29,467 bases of DNA, taken from IMG/VR virus record IMGVR_UViG_3300033067_000880, positions 1 to 29,467 of that record, one strand, 5' to 3'. The first letter of the stretch is position 1. Each line of letters starts with the position of its first letter. The translations under genes and the position numbers were made by a program. Origin of the DNA: a virus. Taxonomy: Duplodnaviria > Caudoviricetes. The notes below the pieces were generated by a model, which was given only the letters and a program-made list of their open reading frames with translations, did not search any database and was not told where the DNA came from. Below, piece after piece: positions 8,137 to 16,581 of the stretch.

Positions 8137-8655
8137 TTAGAGCCCCTTGGCCCCGTCCGCGAGCCATTTCTCGTGAGCCTCGGGGTTCTTGCCCGCCGCC
8201 GCCTCGATCGCCTTGCCCTGAGTCATGCCCGCCGCGACGTTGGCCTTGACGAGCCCGATGAACGAACCGGCCTCGGCCTGAGCAGCCGCCGGGAGCTTCA
8301 ACGGATCGGCCCGACCGGACGACTGAGCCGCGAGTGCCTGTTGCCCGGGAGTGAGTTGCGCCGCCGACGCATTCGCGCGGAGGGTGTCATTCTCGGCCCG
8401 CAGACGCTTGGCATACGCCGCCGTCGCCTGGGTCTCGGTCATGCTCGCTTCCATGCACGTCTCGCGGAAGGACGCGAGTTCGTCGCCCGGCGCGATCGCC
8501 TTGAGCTGAGCGATGGTTGCCGCCGGTTCCTTGGCGGATGCCTTGGCCTCGGTCGCCAGAGCCTCGCACAACTCGGGGTGAGCCGCCCGCATTTCGGCGA
8601 GCGTGCTGATCTTTGGAACCGGCACGCCCGGCCCCTGTTTGTCCTTGTCAGACAT
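8137..8655 (-). CDS. Nested in-frame scaffolding protein (Nu3-like, 172 aa)
   Basis: Internal ATG (MSDKDKQG) preceded by GGAG at 6-nt spacing, after an acidic linker; helical Ala/Glu-rich sequence; same layout as lambda C/Nu3. Confidence 0.6.
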   Translation of the reverse strand: MSDKDKQGPGVPVPKISTLAEMRAAHPELCEALATEAKASAKEPAATIAQLKAIAPGDELASFRETCMEASMTETQATAAYAKRLRAENDTLRANASAAQLTPGQQALAAQSSGRADPLKLPAAAQAEAGSFIGLVKANVAAGMTQGKAIEAAAGKNPEAHEKWLADGAKGL

Positions 8656-9624
8656 GGTGGACTCCAATGCGGCCGGGGTGTGAGAGCCAGCGCGGGCCGC
8701 CGCGTCTGGCTCTGAGGAATCTGAGGGAATAATACCCTCTTCGTTTTTGTCCGCGTCCGGGAGGTCGTCGGCGCACATTTCGATCGCCGCCGTCTCTTCC
8801 CACTTGCCGCCCGAGACGAGACGGACGTAAGCATCGAAGGGAGCGATCGCGTCGATGAGCCCGGCGCGAAGTCCACCCGTCGCCGTGAACAAACGGGCTT
8901 GCATCGCCTTCACGTCGGCCTCGGGAATGTCGCGCCGCTCCGATACCAGTTGGCGGAAGTCGCCGCCCATGCTCTCGGCGAGAGACGTGAAGTACGCCAT
9001 GACTTCCGGCGTCAGCGGTTGCGTCGGGTCGCCAAAGTCCTTGAAGTCGCCATCCTTCGCATTCTTCACGACGATGCCGAAGTCCGCGAGCATCTTGCTC
9101 ATATCCGTGATTTGCCAGATCGTGCCGATCGAGCCGACCATGCCAGTCTTTGTCGTGACAATGCGAGCCGCCGACGCCGCATACATGTACGCCGCCGACA
9201 TGGCCCAATCGTGCGGGAGGGCATGCGTCCGCTTGACCGCCGCAAGAGAACCGATCGCCTCAACCACGTCGTTCGAGCCACCCACCGTTCCGCCCGGCGA
9301 GTCAATGTCGAGCAGTACGTCGGTAGCCATGTCGCCCTCGGCCTCGTGACACGCCGCAACGATCGCCCGCGTGTGGACGCCGCCCATCCAGAAGGCATCG
9401 ACCCAATCGTTCATCACGGGGCCGCGAATCTTGAGGATGAGTGCCGAGCCCGAACGCGACAGGAGCGGGGACTTGACGGGCAGATCGCCGCCGACCGGCA
9501 TCGCCGTAGACATGCCCATCCGCAGGGCCGCGCGAGTGATTGCCGCGAGTGCCGCCCGGGGCTCCATCGCAAGCGGCTGAGACAAGAGCGAACGCATGGC
9601 CGATTCTGTGTGGGTGTTGCTCAT
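8137..9624 (-). CDS. S49 (SppA/gpC-like) prohead protease fused to scaffold domain (495 aa)
   Basis: LLDIDSPGG, AMSAAYMYAASA, VGSIG, GDFKD and GLIDAI motifs; ATG 9624 overlaps the portal stop. Confidence 0.92.
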   Translation of the reverse strand: MSNTHTESAMRSLLSQPLAMEPRAALAAITRAALRMGMSTAMPVGGDLPVKSPLLSRSGSALILKIRGPVMNDWVDAFWMGGVHTRAIVAACHEAEGDMATDVLLDIDSPGGTVGGSNDVVEAIGSLAAVKRTHALPHDWAMSAAYMYAASAARIVTTKTGMVGSIGTIWQITDMSKMLADFGIVVKNAKDGDFKDFGDPTQPLTPEVMAYFTSLAESMGGDFRQLVSERRDIPEADVKAMQARLFTATGGLRAGLIDAIAPFDAYVRLVSGGKWEETAAIEMCADDLPDADKNEEGIIPSDSSEPDAAARAGSHTPAALESTMSDKDKQGPGVPVPKISTLAEMRAAHPELCEALATEAKASAKEPAATIAQLKAIAPGDELASFRETCMEASMTETQATAAYAKRLRAENDTLRANASAAQLTPGQQALAAQSSGRADPLKLPAAAQAEAGSFIGLVKANVAAGMTQGKAIEAAAGKNPEAHEKWLADGAKGL

Positions 9625-11249
9625 GGTTTCGCCGGTTCGTCCTTCGCGGGTCCGTCCTTCGTGTTGTCCGGCTGGCCCGGCGTCTTCGTGCCAGGGAGTT
9701 GGCTGGGCGTGATCCCCTTCGCGGCCTCGTCCTTCACTTCGATCTGACGACGTGCCGCGTTTTTCTCGCGGTCCCCGAATCCAAGCTGCTGGGTCGCGTG
9801 TTCCTTCGTCGTCAAGTTCCCATTTACCGCCGCGAGCCATGCTGCAACGTCCGTGCCCATGTCGATGACCGGCGCGGGCGGAGCGGATATTTCATGGCGT
9901 GCGTTCCAGTCCTCAACAAAGGGGAGTCGTCCCGCTTTGATCGCCGCCGCGAGCCGCCACAGAATGAGCGGGCGGTAGAAGTCCTCTTTCTGCCAGTGCT
10001 GGAGCGTGCCGATCGTGGTAGACCACGCGATCGCTACCGTCACCTTCGCATTGCTCGCGGTCAACCCCTGGAAGTCAAACACCGAGAGCATCATCGGCAA
10101 GCCCACCTCGGAGCCGATGATCTGGGCGTTCGTCATCACAAACTCGCGGAAGTTCGTCGCCGGTTGCTCGGGCTTGATCTGTTCCACGCCCTCATTCGGC
10201 TTACAATGGAACTGGAATCCGGGCTCAAGCGCCGCCTCTTTCGGCGTGCCTTCGACGACGGACTCTGCCGCGCCGATCGCCGCGCCGAGCGAGTTCTCCA
10301 TCGCCTGACGCTGGGCCGCCGGGGTCTCGGATTTGTACACCAGCCCGAAGAGCGTTGCCATCTGTGACGCGACAGCCACGTTATCGATGTAGTCGTCGAT
10401 GAGCCGGAAGCGGTTGATGCTCGCCTGGAACCCGGGCTCGCCGCGGAATTGGTTCGCCCTCGCCCACAGCGGCCAGCGGAGATAGATGCACTCTTCCGCC
10501 GCAACCCGCGTCGGGTCCGCGAGCACTCCGAACGCGCCCATGATCGGAGCCGTCTGCCCGACGCCGCTCTGAGGCCGGTTCGTCTTGGCCGACGCAACGT
10601 CCTTCCACTCGGCAACCCAAAACGCGGCGATGCGGCCCGTCGTCTTGTCAACCTCCACTCCGTCATAGACGAGGTTCCCGTTCTCGCCCGTGACGATCGT
10701 TCCAATGTCGCCGCGATCCTTGACGCCGGGCGAGACGATCTGCTGGGCTTCGACTGCTTGGAGCTCGCCGCTCTGGAGCTTGACGTAGAGAATGTCGCCA
10801 TCGGAAAGGCCGGCACAGATTGACTGCTGGACGATCTGCCACGCCCGCAACCGCTCCATGTCCTCTTCGATGAACGCCTCGGCGAGCTCGTTCCACGCCT
10901 GATCCTTCGACCGGGCCTGGAAGGTGTAGCCGTCGCCGCCGACGCACTCGGACAGCCGACGCCCCATCATGCGGGCGAGCGTGTTATTCCGCAAGAGGTC
11001 CTGAACCCGCCCAGTCTGCGTCGTTCGTGCCCGCTGATTGAGGCTCGTTCGAGACGGTCCCGGGTAGACGTAACGACCGCCGCCGGCCCGTGCGAAGTTC
11101 TCGCTCTTGTATCCGCCGACCATCGCCAGGGCCTTGCCCGCTACCGCGATTTGCAACTGCGCGAGAGCGAGACGCGAGCCCGCTTCGGCCTGTTCCGCCG
11201 CTTGCGCCACACTCTGGACCGCCTCGATTGTGCCGTTCGTTCCCGACAT
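9621..11249 (-). CDS. Portal protein, lambda family (~542 aa)
   Basis: RVQDLLRNN, VGGDGYTFQ, DGDI, DGVEVDKTTGRIAAFWV, NQFRGEP, GLPMMLSVFDF motifs; ATG 11249 preferred over TTG 11258 on RBS spacing. Confidence 0.92.
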   Translation of the reverse strand: MSGTNGTIEAVQSVAQAAEQAEAGSRLALAQLQIAVAGKALAMVGGYKSENFARAGGGRYVYPGPSRTSLNQRARTTQTGRVQDLLRNNTLARMMGRRLSECVGGDGYTFQARSKDQAWNELAEAFIEEDMERLRAWQIVQQSICAGLSDGDILYVKLQSGELQAVEAQQIVSPGVKDRGDIGTIVTGENGNLVYDGVEVDKTTGRIAAFWVAEWKDVASAKTNRPQSGVGQTAPIMGAFGVLADPTRVAAEECIYLRWPLWARANQFRGEPGFQASINRFRLIDDYIDNVAVASQMATLFGLVYKSETPAAQRQAMENSLGAAIGAAESVVEGTPKEAALEPGFQFHCKPNEGVEQIKPEQPATNFREFVMTNAQIIGSEVGLPMMLSVFDFQGLTASNAKVTVAIAWSTTIGTLQHWQKEDFYRPLILWRLAAAIKAGRLPFVEDWNARHEISAPPAPVIDMGTDVAAWLAAVNGNLTTKEHATQQLGFGDREKNAARRQIEVKDEAAKGITPSQLPGTKTPGQPDNTKDGPAKDEPAKP

Positions 11250-11250
11250 T

Positions 11251-11619
11251 TCAGCCAAGCTCCCTTGTCGTCAATCGATATTGACGCCCCGCGACTTCCG
11301 CCGTTGCATGAACCACAGGATATGTCACGCCGCCGAGTGTCAGTTTGTCGTTCTCTTGCGGCGCCCGCGAGAGGCCCGACGCTTTGATGATCCAGGTCGT
11401 GTCCTTGACCTTCGTCGGCTTGCCATTGATCGGCGTCTCGTAGCAGATTGTGGCCCCGCGAACGCAATCGACATCGACGCCCGGGGCCGTCGTAACCGTG
11501 TTCTTCATCGTCGTCGTCGAGAATGCCCCGAGCGTCACGAGATAGAGCACGGCCTGAACGTCCGACAGCATTTCTACCGTGTCGGCCGCGAGCGTGTCGA
11601 GTTCTGTGCTGTAGCTCAT
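11251..11619 (-). CDS. Putative head closure/head-tail joining protein (gpFII-like, 122 aa)
   Basis: WIIKASGLSRAPQENDKLTLGGVTYPVV motif typical of head stoppers; ATGA overlap. Confidence 0.6.
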   Translation of the reverse strand: MSYSTELDTLAADTVEMLSDVQAVLYLVTLGAFSTTTMKNTVTTAPGVDVDCVRGATICYETPINGKPTKVKDTTWIIKASGLSRAPQENDKLTLGGVTYPVVHATAEVAGRQYRLTTRELG

Positions 11620-12068
11620 GTAATCACCCCGCCGGCGCCTTCGCCGCCATCGGTTCCGCCCGGGATGATGCCGCCCACGCCGCCGGGAGACGCGCCGGAC
11701 CCCGCCGCAACCGCCGCCGTCGCCACGTCGGTATCCGCGGCGACGACAAGATCGACCGTGCCCGTTACCGCCGCGGCGAGCCATGCGATTTCAATCTCGG
11801 TCGCCCCGGCCATGTCGGTCGTGCTCGCGACAACCGCCCCGCCGCCAGCCGCGATGGTCTTGGCACCGCTGGCGAAAGCGAACGGCCCGACGTTGCCCGC
11901 CCACCACTGGACCGAGAGCGTGCCCGCGGCCCACGCACCATCGACAAGCCGAGCCGAGATGGTCGCAGCCTTCCCGTTGGCGACAGGGAAACGCCAGACT
12001 CCGCTCGGAGTGTTGAGACTCACCCGCCGCGTCTGTACCGGCCTTGTCAGTGTGGGGACGGTGTTCAT
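11616..12068 (-). CDS. Hypothetical virion protein (150 aa) with Gly-rich C-terminus
   Basis: Start MNTVPT at an ATGA overlap; beta-rich sequence. Confidence 0.6.
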   Translation of the reverse strand: MNTVPTLTRPVQTRRVSLNTPSGVWRFPVANGKAATISARLVDGAWAAGTLSVQWWAGNVGPFAFASGAKTIAAGGGAVVASTTDMAGATEIEIAWLAAAVTGTVDLVVAADTDVATAAVAAGSGASPGGVGGIIPGGTDGGEGAGGVIT

Positions 12069-12313
12069 CCGAATCGTGCCCTCGTGATGTTCGCGTATCC
12101 GCCGGTTTGCACGTCGGGCATTCCGAGCAGTCGCATCTGCTGGCGTTCGAGCAACGCGAGATATTGCACAATGTCGCCGGTCGAACGACTCGCGCCATCC
12201 TTCGACACGCTCGGACCCATCTGGAGAGTCACCTCTCCAATGTGCAATTGCAGCATGGCGAGCTGGGCCGCTGTCGTCGATTGGGATGCCCACGCCGAGT
12301 AGGAATAGGACAC
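12065..12313 (-). CDS. gpW-like head-to-tail adaptor (82 aa)
   Basis: Helix-hairpin-helix pattern (QLAMLQLHIGEV...SVSKDGASRS...IVQYLALLERQ); lies between terminase and portal; GGAGA RBS, GTG start. Confidence 0.65.
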   Translation of the reverse strand: MSYSYSAWASQSTTAAQLAMLQLHIGEVTLQMGPSVSKDGASRSTGDIVQYLALLERQQMRLLGMPDVQTGGYANITRARFG

Positions 12314-12319
12314 TTTGAC

Positions 12320-12349
12320 TCTCCACCACTCATGACTAGTGGTGATGGG
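12320..12349 (+). repeat. Late element copy upstream of the gpW-like gene: TCTCCACCACTCATGACTAGTGGTGATGGG
   Basis: Near-identical to 7434-7464; contains the perfect dyad CACCACT-N7-AGTGGTG. Confidence 0.9.
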
Positions 12350-12358
12350 GGGGGACGC

Positions 12359-12862
12359 TTATCCGCCCGCGAGAACAGGCGTCGTCCTTACGACCGCCTC
12401 AATCTCCGCGAGCCTGCCCGCGATTTCGACCGGCTGGAAAGCGTTCTCGGCGTCCCGCAGCTTGGTCCGCAGTTCGGAGATGCGAAGACGCCGGGCCTGC
12501 GCCTGGTCGTCGTCGTCCTTAACCGCGGCCTTCCACGCTTCGTTCGCTTCGGTGATTGCGGCCCGGTACTTGATGAGCCGGGTATGCTCGCCCGCGAGTT
12601 CGTCGTCTCGCAGTTCGGAGACGGGAAGCGTCTGGGGATCTCGCACAGCATCCGCGAGCGACATGGGCGGATTCTCGATCGCCGTTTCCGCGTCGTCGGG
12701 GCCGATCTTGCCGGGCGTTTCCGCGTCGTCGGGGCCATCGACCGGCGGCGCGTCAGTCAAGATACCGCTGCCCGACCTTGGCTCGTTCGCCGACTCGCTC
12801 GCTGTCGTCGCGAGGTCCTGGAGGCTTGACTCTTCCGCCGCTTTGGTCTTGACCTTTGCCAT
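12359..12862 (-). CDS. Hypothetical protein (167 aa), acidic disordered N-half and coiled C-half
   Basis: AGGAG RBS before MAKVKTK; 21-bp direct repeat encoding GPDDAET twice (12683-12703, 12716-12736); overlaps the terminase 3' end. Confidence 0.6.
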   Translation of the reverse strand: MAKVKTKAAEESSLQDLATTASESANEPRSGSGILTDAPPVDGPDDAETPGKIGPDDAETAIENPPMSLADAVRDPQTLPVSELRDDELAGEHTRLIKYRAAITEANEAWKAAVKDDDDQAQARRLRISELRTKLRDAENAFQPVEIAGRLAEIEAVVRTTPVLAGG

Positions 12863-14717
12863 TGGCCGCTCCTGTGACGTTGATTTCCCGAACACCGAAT
12901 CGCTCAAGCATAGCCGCCGCGTAGACAAATATATCCCAGAAGTGATTTGCCGTCCCCTTGCGCCTCACGTCCCAGAGTCCATTGAGGTATTGCTCGCTGC
13001 AAAGTTGGCCGAGTAGATTCGTGTCCGCGTCCTTTGGAAGGTGCCATGTCGAGACGGTTCCGGCGTTCGTTCCGTCCGCGAGCGAGACGATGTTCATCGC
13101 GTGTTCCGCACTGGTATTCGAGAGCCAACGGGCCATCGAGTTCTTCCAGAGCGTGACGTTGATGAGGTGGAGCGGCACCTCGCCATCGCCGCACTTCTGC
13201 ATCGAAGTCGAGTAGAGCCGCGAGTCTTTATTGCCCCTCGTCGCCCGGCCTTTGACGAGAACCGTTCGAGCGTCCCGGTCCTTGCGATAGCGGTAGAGCG
13301 TGTCGGTCCGGTGCCCGGTATCGACGACGACCAGGGCCGGCGAGAACGCCCGATCTTTCATGCCCGGGACCGCCATCGGCCATTGGCGCTTCCGCACGTC
13401 GTCAAGGGCCGTCGCCAAGGTTCCGTCGCCAAGGCAGTCCTCGCATCCCCAATCGACGAGCCAAATGTGCTCGCCGCGATTCGAGAACGCGAAGAGAGCC
13501 CAGTACATCCGGTCCGGCTGAACATCGCACGAGAGCAGCGTGCCGACAGTCCCGATCGGACATTGCCCCCGCGCGTTGGGAGACTGCTTGGCCCGCGCCT
13601 CCAGTTCCGAGACTTCGATGCGTGACCCCTTCACCATGAAAGCCTCCCCGAGAGTTTCGGTACACCACACGTAATCGACCTGCCCGTGTGCCCGGATCTT
13701 CTCCAGAAACGCCGCCGCGACTTCGCCGTATGGATTCGGGAGCAGATCGTTGTCGATGCCCAGGATTGCGAACGAGACGTGATCGATCGGAGGCATCGGA
13801 CCAATGACGGCGCCCGCTACGTCGTGCCCGTGCTCGTCCTTCGTGAGGGCCGCGATCGATTGGCCCTGCGCGACCCACTCGCCGAGCCGCCCTTGCCATG
13901 CGCGATCGGAGGCCGAGCACTTGCCCGCACAGGCTGGACATTCGTACCACGCGGTCCGCCGGACGATCGTTGGATCGGCGTCCCCTCGGTTGGCCCATCG
14001 CACTTGCCGCCAGGTCCGCGAGTGGTACTGCCGACAATGAGGACACGGGACGTACCACTGAAATTGGCACGTCGCCGATGCTCGCCGGGCGTCGATGCCC
14101 TTGCCGGCGTCCCCGGGTGTGCCCGTTTCAATGACCTTGGAATCGGCAAACGTCTTGCCTCGCTCGAGCAACTTGGACGTTGCGAGCGGGTCGCATCGGT
14201 CGTACTCGTCGATCCAGACGTATCGCGCGGGCGTGCCCTCGGTTCCGCTCTCGCTGTTCGAGCCGATCCATTCGACGATGCCGCGATCGAAGGTCGTGCG
14301 AGCGGAAGTAAACGCCCGCTTCTCGTTGCCGACGTGACGCATCGCCCGGGCGCAGGCTTTGAGTGCCGGTTGGAATCGCGTCTTGTTGAAGTCCTCGGCC
14401 TTCTCGGCCTTGGGGAGCATAATCATCCATCGGCCCGGGCGCACGTCCATCGACCACAGGACGACGCCGATGATGAGTTCGGTAAAGCCGCACTGAGCTG
14501 GCTTTGAGATGGTGATAACGCGAACGTCGGACCGCCCGCACATTTCCATCATGCGGCGCGTGTAGGGGACGATTCGCGTTTCCCACTGGCCCGGCATGGC
14601 ACCGCCGACGATGACGCGATTCTCGTCCATCCACTCGGCGACGGGAAGCTCGGGCTCGACGTGAAAGACGAGCGAGAGGGTTGCGGCCATGATGTCGCGT
14701 GCGGAGGCGTAGGGCAC
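12753..14717 (-). CDS. Terminase large subunit, lambda GpA family (654 aa)
   Basis: PGQWET..VPY, KPAQCGFTE (Walker A-like), VWIDEYDR (Walker B), GTP, CPHC/CPAC, CDVQPDR, VDTG and NHFWD..VYA motifs. Confidence 0.95.
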   Translation of the reverse strand: MPYASARDIMAATLSLVFHVEPELPVAEWMDENRVIVGGAMPGQWETRIVPYTRRMMEMCGRSDVRVITISKPAQCGFTELIIGVVLWSMDVRPGRWMIMLPKAEKAEDFNKTRFQPALKACARAMRHVGNEKRAFTSARTTFDRGIVEWIGSNSESGTEGTPARYVWIDEYDRCDPLATSKLLERGKTFADSKVIETGTPGDAGKGIDARRASATCQFQWYVPCPHCRQYHSRTWRQVRWANRGDADPTIVRRTAWYECPACAGKCSASDRAWQGRLGEWVAQGQSIAALTKDEHGHDVAGAVIGPMPPIDHVSFAILGIDNDLLPNPYGEVAAAFLEKIRAHGQVDYVWCTETLGEAFMVKGSRIEVSELEARAKQSPNARGQCPIGTVGTLLSCDVQPDRMYWALFAFSNRGEHIWLVDWGCEDCLGDGTLATALDDVRKRQWPMAVPGMKDRAFSPALVVVDTGHRTDTLYRYRKDRDARTVLVKGRATRGNKDSRLYSTSMQKCGDGEVPLHLINVTLWKNSMARWLSNTSAEHAMNIVSLADGTNAGTVSTWHLPKDADTNLLGQLCSEQYLNGLWDVRRKGTANHFWDIFVYAAAMLERFGVREINVTGAANGKGQDQSGGRVKPPGPRDDSERVGERAKVGQRYLD

Positions 14718-14734
14718 GCGGGGAGTTTAGCGGC

Positions 14735-15109
14735 CTACTCCATGTCTTCGAGAACGAGACGGCGCAGGCGTCTGTCACTCTCGCTCGCGGCGGTGGGTGG
14801 CATGTTCAACGATACGAAGCCCGCTTTCATTTCTGGCGTGGGATTCAACCCGATCAGTTGCCCGTTGCCGATGCCGACGAGATAGCCCTCGCCGAGAACG
14901 TGCCGGATCTCGGGCGCGTCCATCTTGAACTCGGGCGGTCCTTCGTCGCCGTGTCCGCCACGCCCACGACACGCGGAGGCAACGATCTTGTCGGCCTCTG
15001 CTTCCGTGTAGCGGCCCGCGTCGTCGATATTCGTCGTGTACCCGCAGTGGTTCGGACCCCACCACGCATTATGTTCGCGGGAATAGACCAGCATTGTTCG
15101 TTCGCTCAT
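14735..15109 (-). CDS. Hypothetical phage protein (124 aa)
   Basis: WWGPNHCGYTTNIDDAGRYTEAEA motif of a kind seen in phage hypotheticals; GGAGG RBS, ATGA overlap. Confidence 0.65.
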   Translation of the reverse strand: MSERTMLVYSREHNAWWGPNHCGYTTNIDDAGRYTEAEADKIVASACRGRGGHGDEGPPEFKMDAPEIRHVLGEGYLVGIGNGQLIGLNPTPEMKAGFVSLNMPPTAASESDRRLRRLVLEDME

Positions 15110-15381
15110 TCGGTTTCCTCCCCGATCTTCTCGGGTTGCTCCAATCCGACACGGCCCCACTTCTCACGCATGAACGCGATGTCTTTGCGGGTCGCCTTTC
15201 GCCAAGTCACCCATCCGCCGTCGCAATGCTTTCGGCAGAGCCAAAGTTCGCCGCCGTTGAGCCAGCGAAACGATCCTTCCGTTTCTGGCGTGTCTCCGGT
15301 TGAACGCTGGCCAGCCTCGGTCCACACGTCCACAATGCGGAAGGTGTGTCCCCATTGCGTGTTGTACTTCCGCTCGCTCAT
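15106..15381 (-). CDS. Hypothetical Trp-rich protein (91 aa)
   Basis: GGAGG RBS and ATGA overlaps at both ends. Confidence 0.55.
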   Translation of the reverse strand: MSERKYNTQWGHTFRIVDVWTEAGQRSTGDTPETEGSFRWLNGGELWLCRKHCDGGWVTWRKATRKDIAFMREKWGRVGLEQPEKIGEETE

Positions 15382-15710
15382 GTCGCCTCCCATTTTCGCC
15401 GATCGAACTTGTACCGCGCGTACTCCGCGATCAGCTTCCGGCCCGACTTCGTTGTCGGCAGTTTCTTGATCCACTCGCGGGCACGATTGGTCTGCGCCTC
15501 TGTGAGCGGCTTGCCGGGTGTGATTCTGAACCGCCGTCTAAACAAGACTTTGCAGTCCTCGGTGATCGCGTCGATTTCCTTCTGTGTCCTTGCGCATTGC
15601 TCATTCCACTCCCGGGTTTCCTGCTCCGTCATGGGCTTCGATACCGGGAGCGGCTTTCCTCGCATCTCAACAATCGCCGAGAGAGGTATGCCTCGTGGTT
15701 TCCGCTTCAC
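15378..15710 (-). CDS. Hypothetical basic protein (110 aa)
   Basis: GTGA/ATGA overlaps at both ends. Confidence 0.55.
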   Translation of the reverse strand: MKRKPRGIPLSAIVEMRGKPLPVSKPMTEQETREWNEQCARTQKEIDAITEDCKVLFRRRFRITPGKPLTEAQTNRAREWIKKLPTTKSGRKLIAEYARYKFDRRKWEAT

Positions 15711-16321
15711 GACGCCCCCCTCTCAAGATCGCCCAGCACCCGCACCGCTTCCGCCGTTATCGCCTCGCGCATCGCCGTCTCCGTTGCCCGCTCCAGGGGC
15801 GTTATCGCAACCACCGATCGCGTAATCCTCGCCGCGAGCCCGTCCAGCATCGTTCGCACAATCTGGAGCGTCGTCGCCCACGTCTCTTTCACGTCCTCAA
15901 CCGATACCAGTTTCCCGCTCGCCACGTTCAGTTCGTTCAACGCCGCCGCCGACTTGATCGCCCGCTCGAACGTGTGCATCCCGACGACCGTTGCCCCGCC
16001 GCGATCCATGAGGCCCATCACGTCGTCGGACGTTCGCAGCCCCGCGAGTGCCGCAGTCGGATCGACGACCGGAGCGGAAGCGGGCGCGTCCCTGCGCCCC
16101 TTCTTTGGTCCGCCGTGATTCCCACCATGAACCCGCTGCACGTTCGCGTTGACCCACGCCTGACACTGGGCCAGGTCGTACAGGGCGTGCCTGCCCCGCT
16201 TCTTGCCCGACGATGGAAGCCCGATGAGCTTCCACTTCGACACGGCGCGGATCGTCACACGCGGGCGGATCTGCGCCGCGAGTTCTGTCGCCGTGAGGAG
16301 TGGTGGGCGTGCTTTGGTCAT
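15707..16321 (-). CDS. Terminase small subunit, Nu1-like (204 aa)
   Basis: N-terminal wHTH (TATELAA...RAVSKWKLIGLP...YDLAQCQAW) and C-terminal ELNVASGKLVSVEDV...VRTMLDGLAARI. Confidence 0.8.
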   Translation of the reverse strand: MTKARPPLLTATELAAQIRPRVTIRAVSKWKLIGLPSSGKKRGRHALYDLAQCQAWVNANVQRVHGGNHGGPKKGRRDAPASAPVVDPTAALAGLRTSDDVMGLMDRGGATVVGMHTFERAIKSAAALNELNVASGKLVSVEDVKETWATTLQIVRTMLDGLAARITRSVVAITPLERATETAMREAITAEAVRVLGDLERGAS

Positions 16322-16581
16322 TCTTCCCCGTACGTGTTTGTCATGTAGTGCCATCTCTTGTCGAGTGCGATCAGGGCGAGAACCTTTCGGGCCGACGTTT
16401 CGATCGTCCCGCACCGAGCACGGCACGATCTGGTTTTGTAGCGTCTGCCGTTGTGAGTGAATGGCCCACGCTGCGACACCGAAACTGTGACTCTCGCCTG
16501 AGGCGCGGCAAAGCTCACTCGGACCCGCCCGTGATTGGCGAGGTTGCGTAGAAGAGTCTCAGTTTCGCCCAGCTCGATCAC
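16318..16581 (-). CDS. Hypothetical protein (87 aa)
   Basis: GTG start overlapping the MTase stop; stop overlaps the small terminase start. Confidence 0.5.
   Translation of the reverse strand: MIELGETETLLRNLANHGRVRVSFAAPQARVTVSVSQRGPFTHNGRRYKTRSCRARCGTIETSARKVLALIALDKRWHYMTNTYGEE

Noticed and set aside
9625-9840. Long N-terminal extensions in the ORF track (e.g. 9840, 11784, 12329, 20570, 26542, 29281 starts)
   Set aside because: They overlap upstream genes; RBS positions and ATGA/GTGA coupling support the shorter starts used here
12347-12354. G8 homopolymer next to the late element as a phase-variation tract
   Set aside because: Short, intergenic, absent from the second copy, and no length-variation evidence from one sequence
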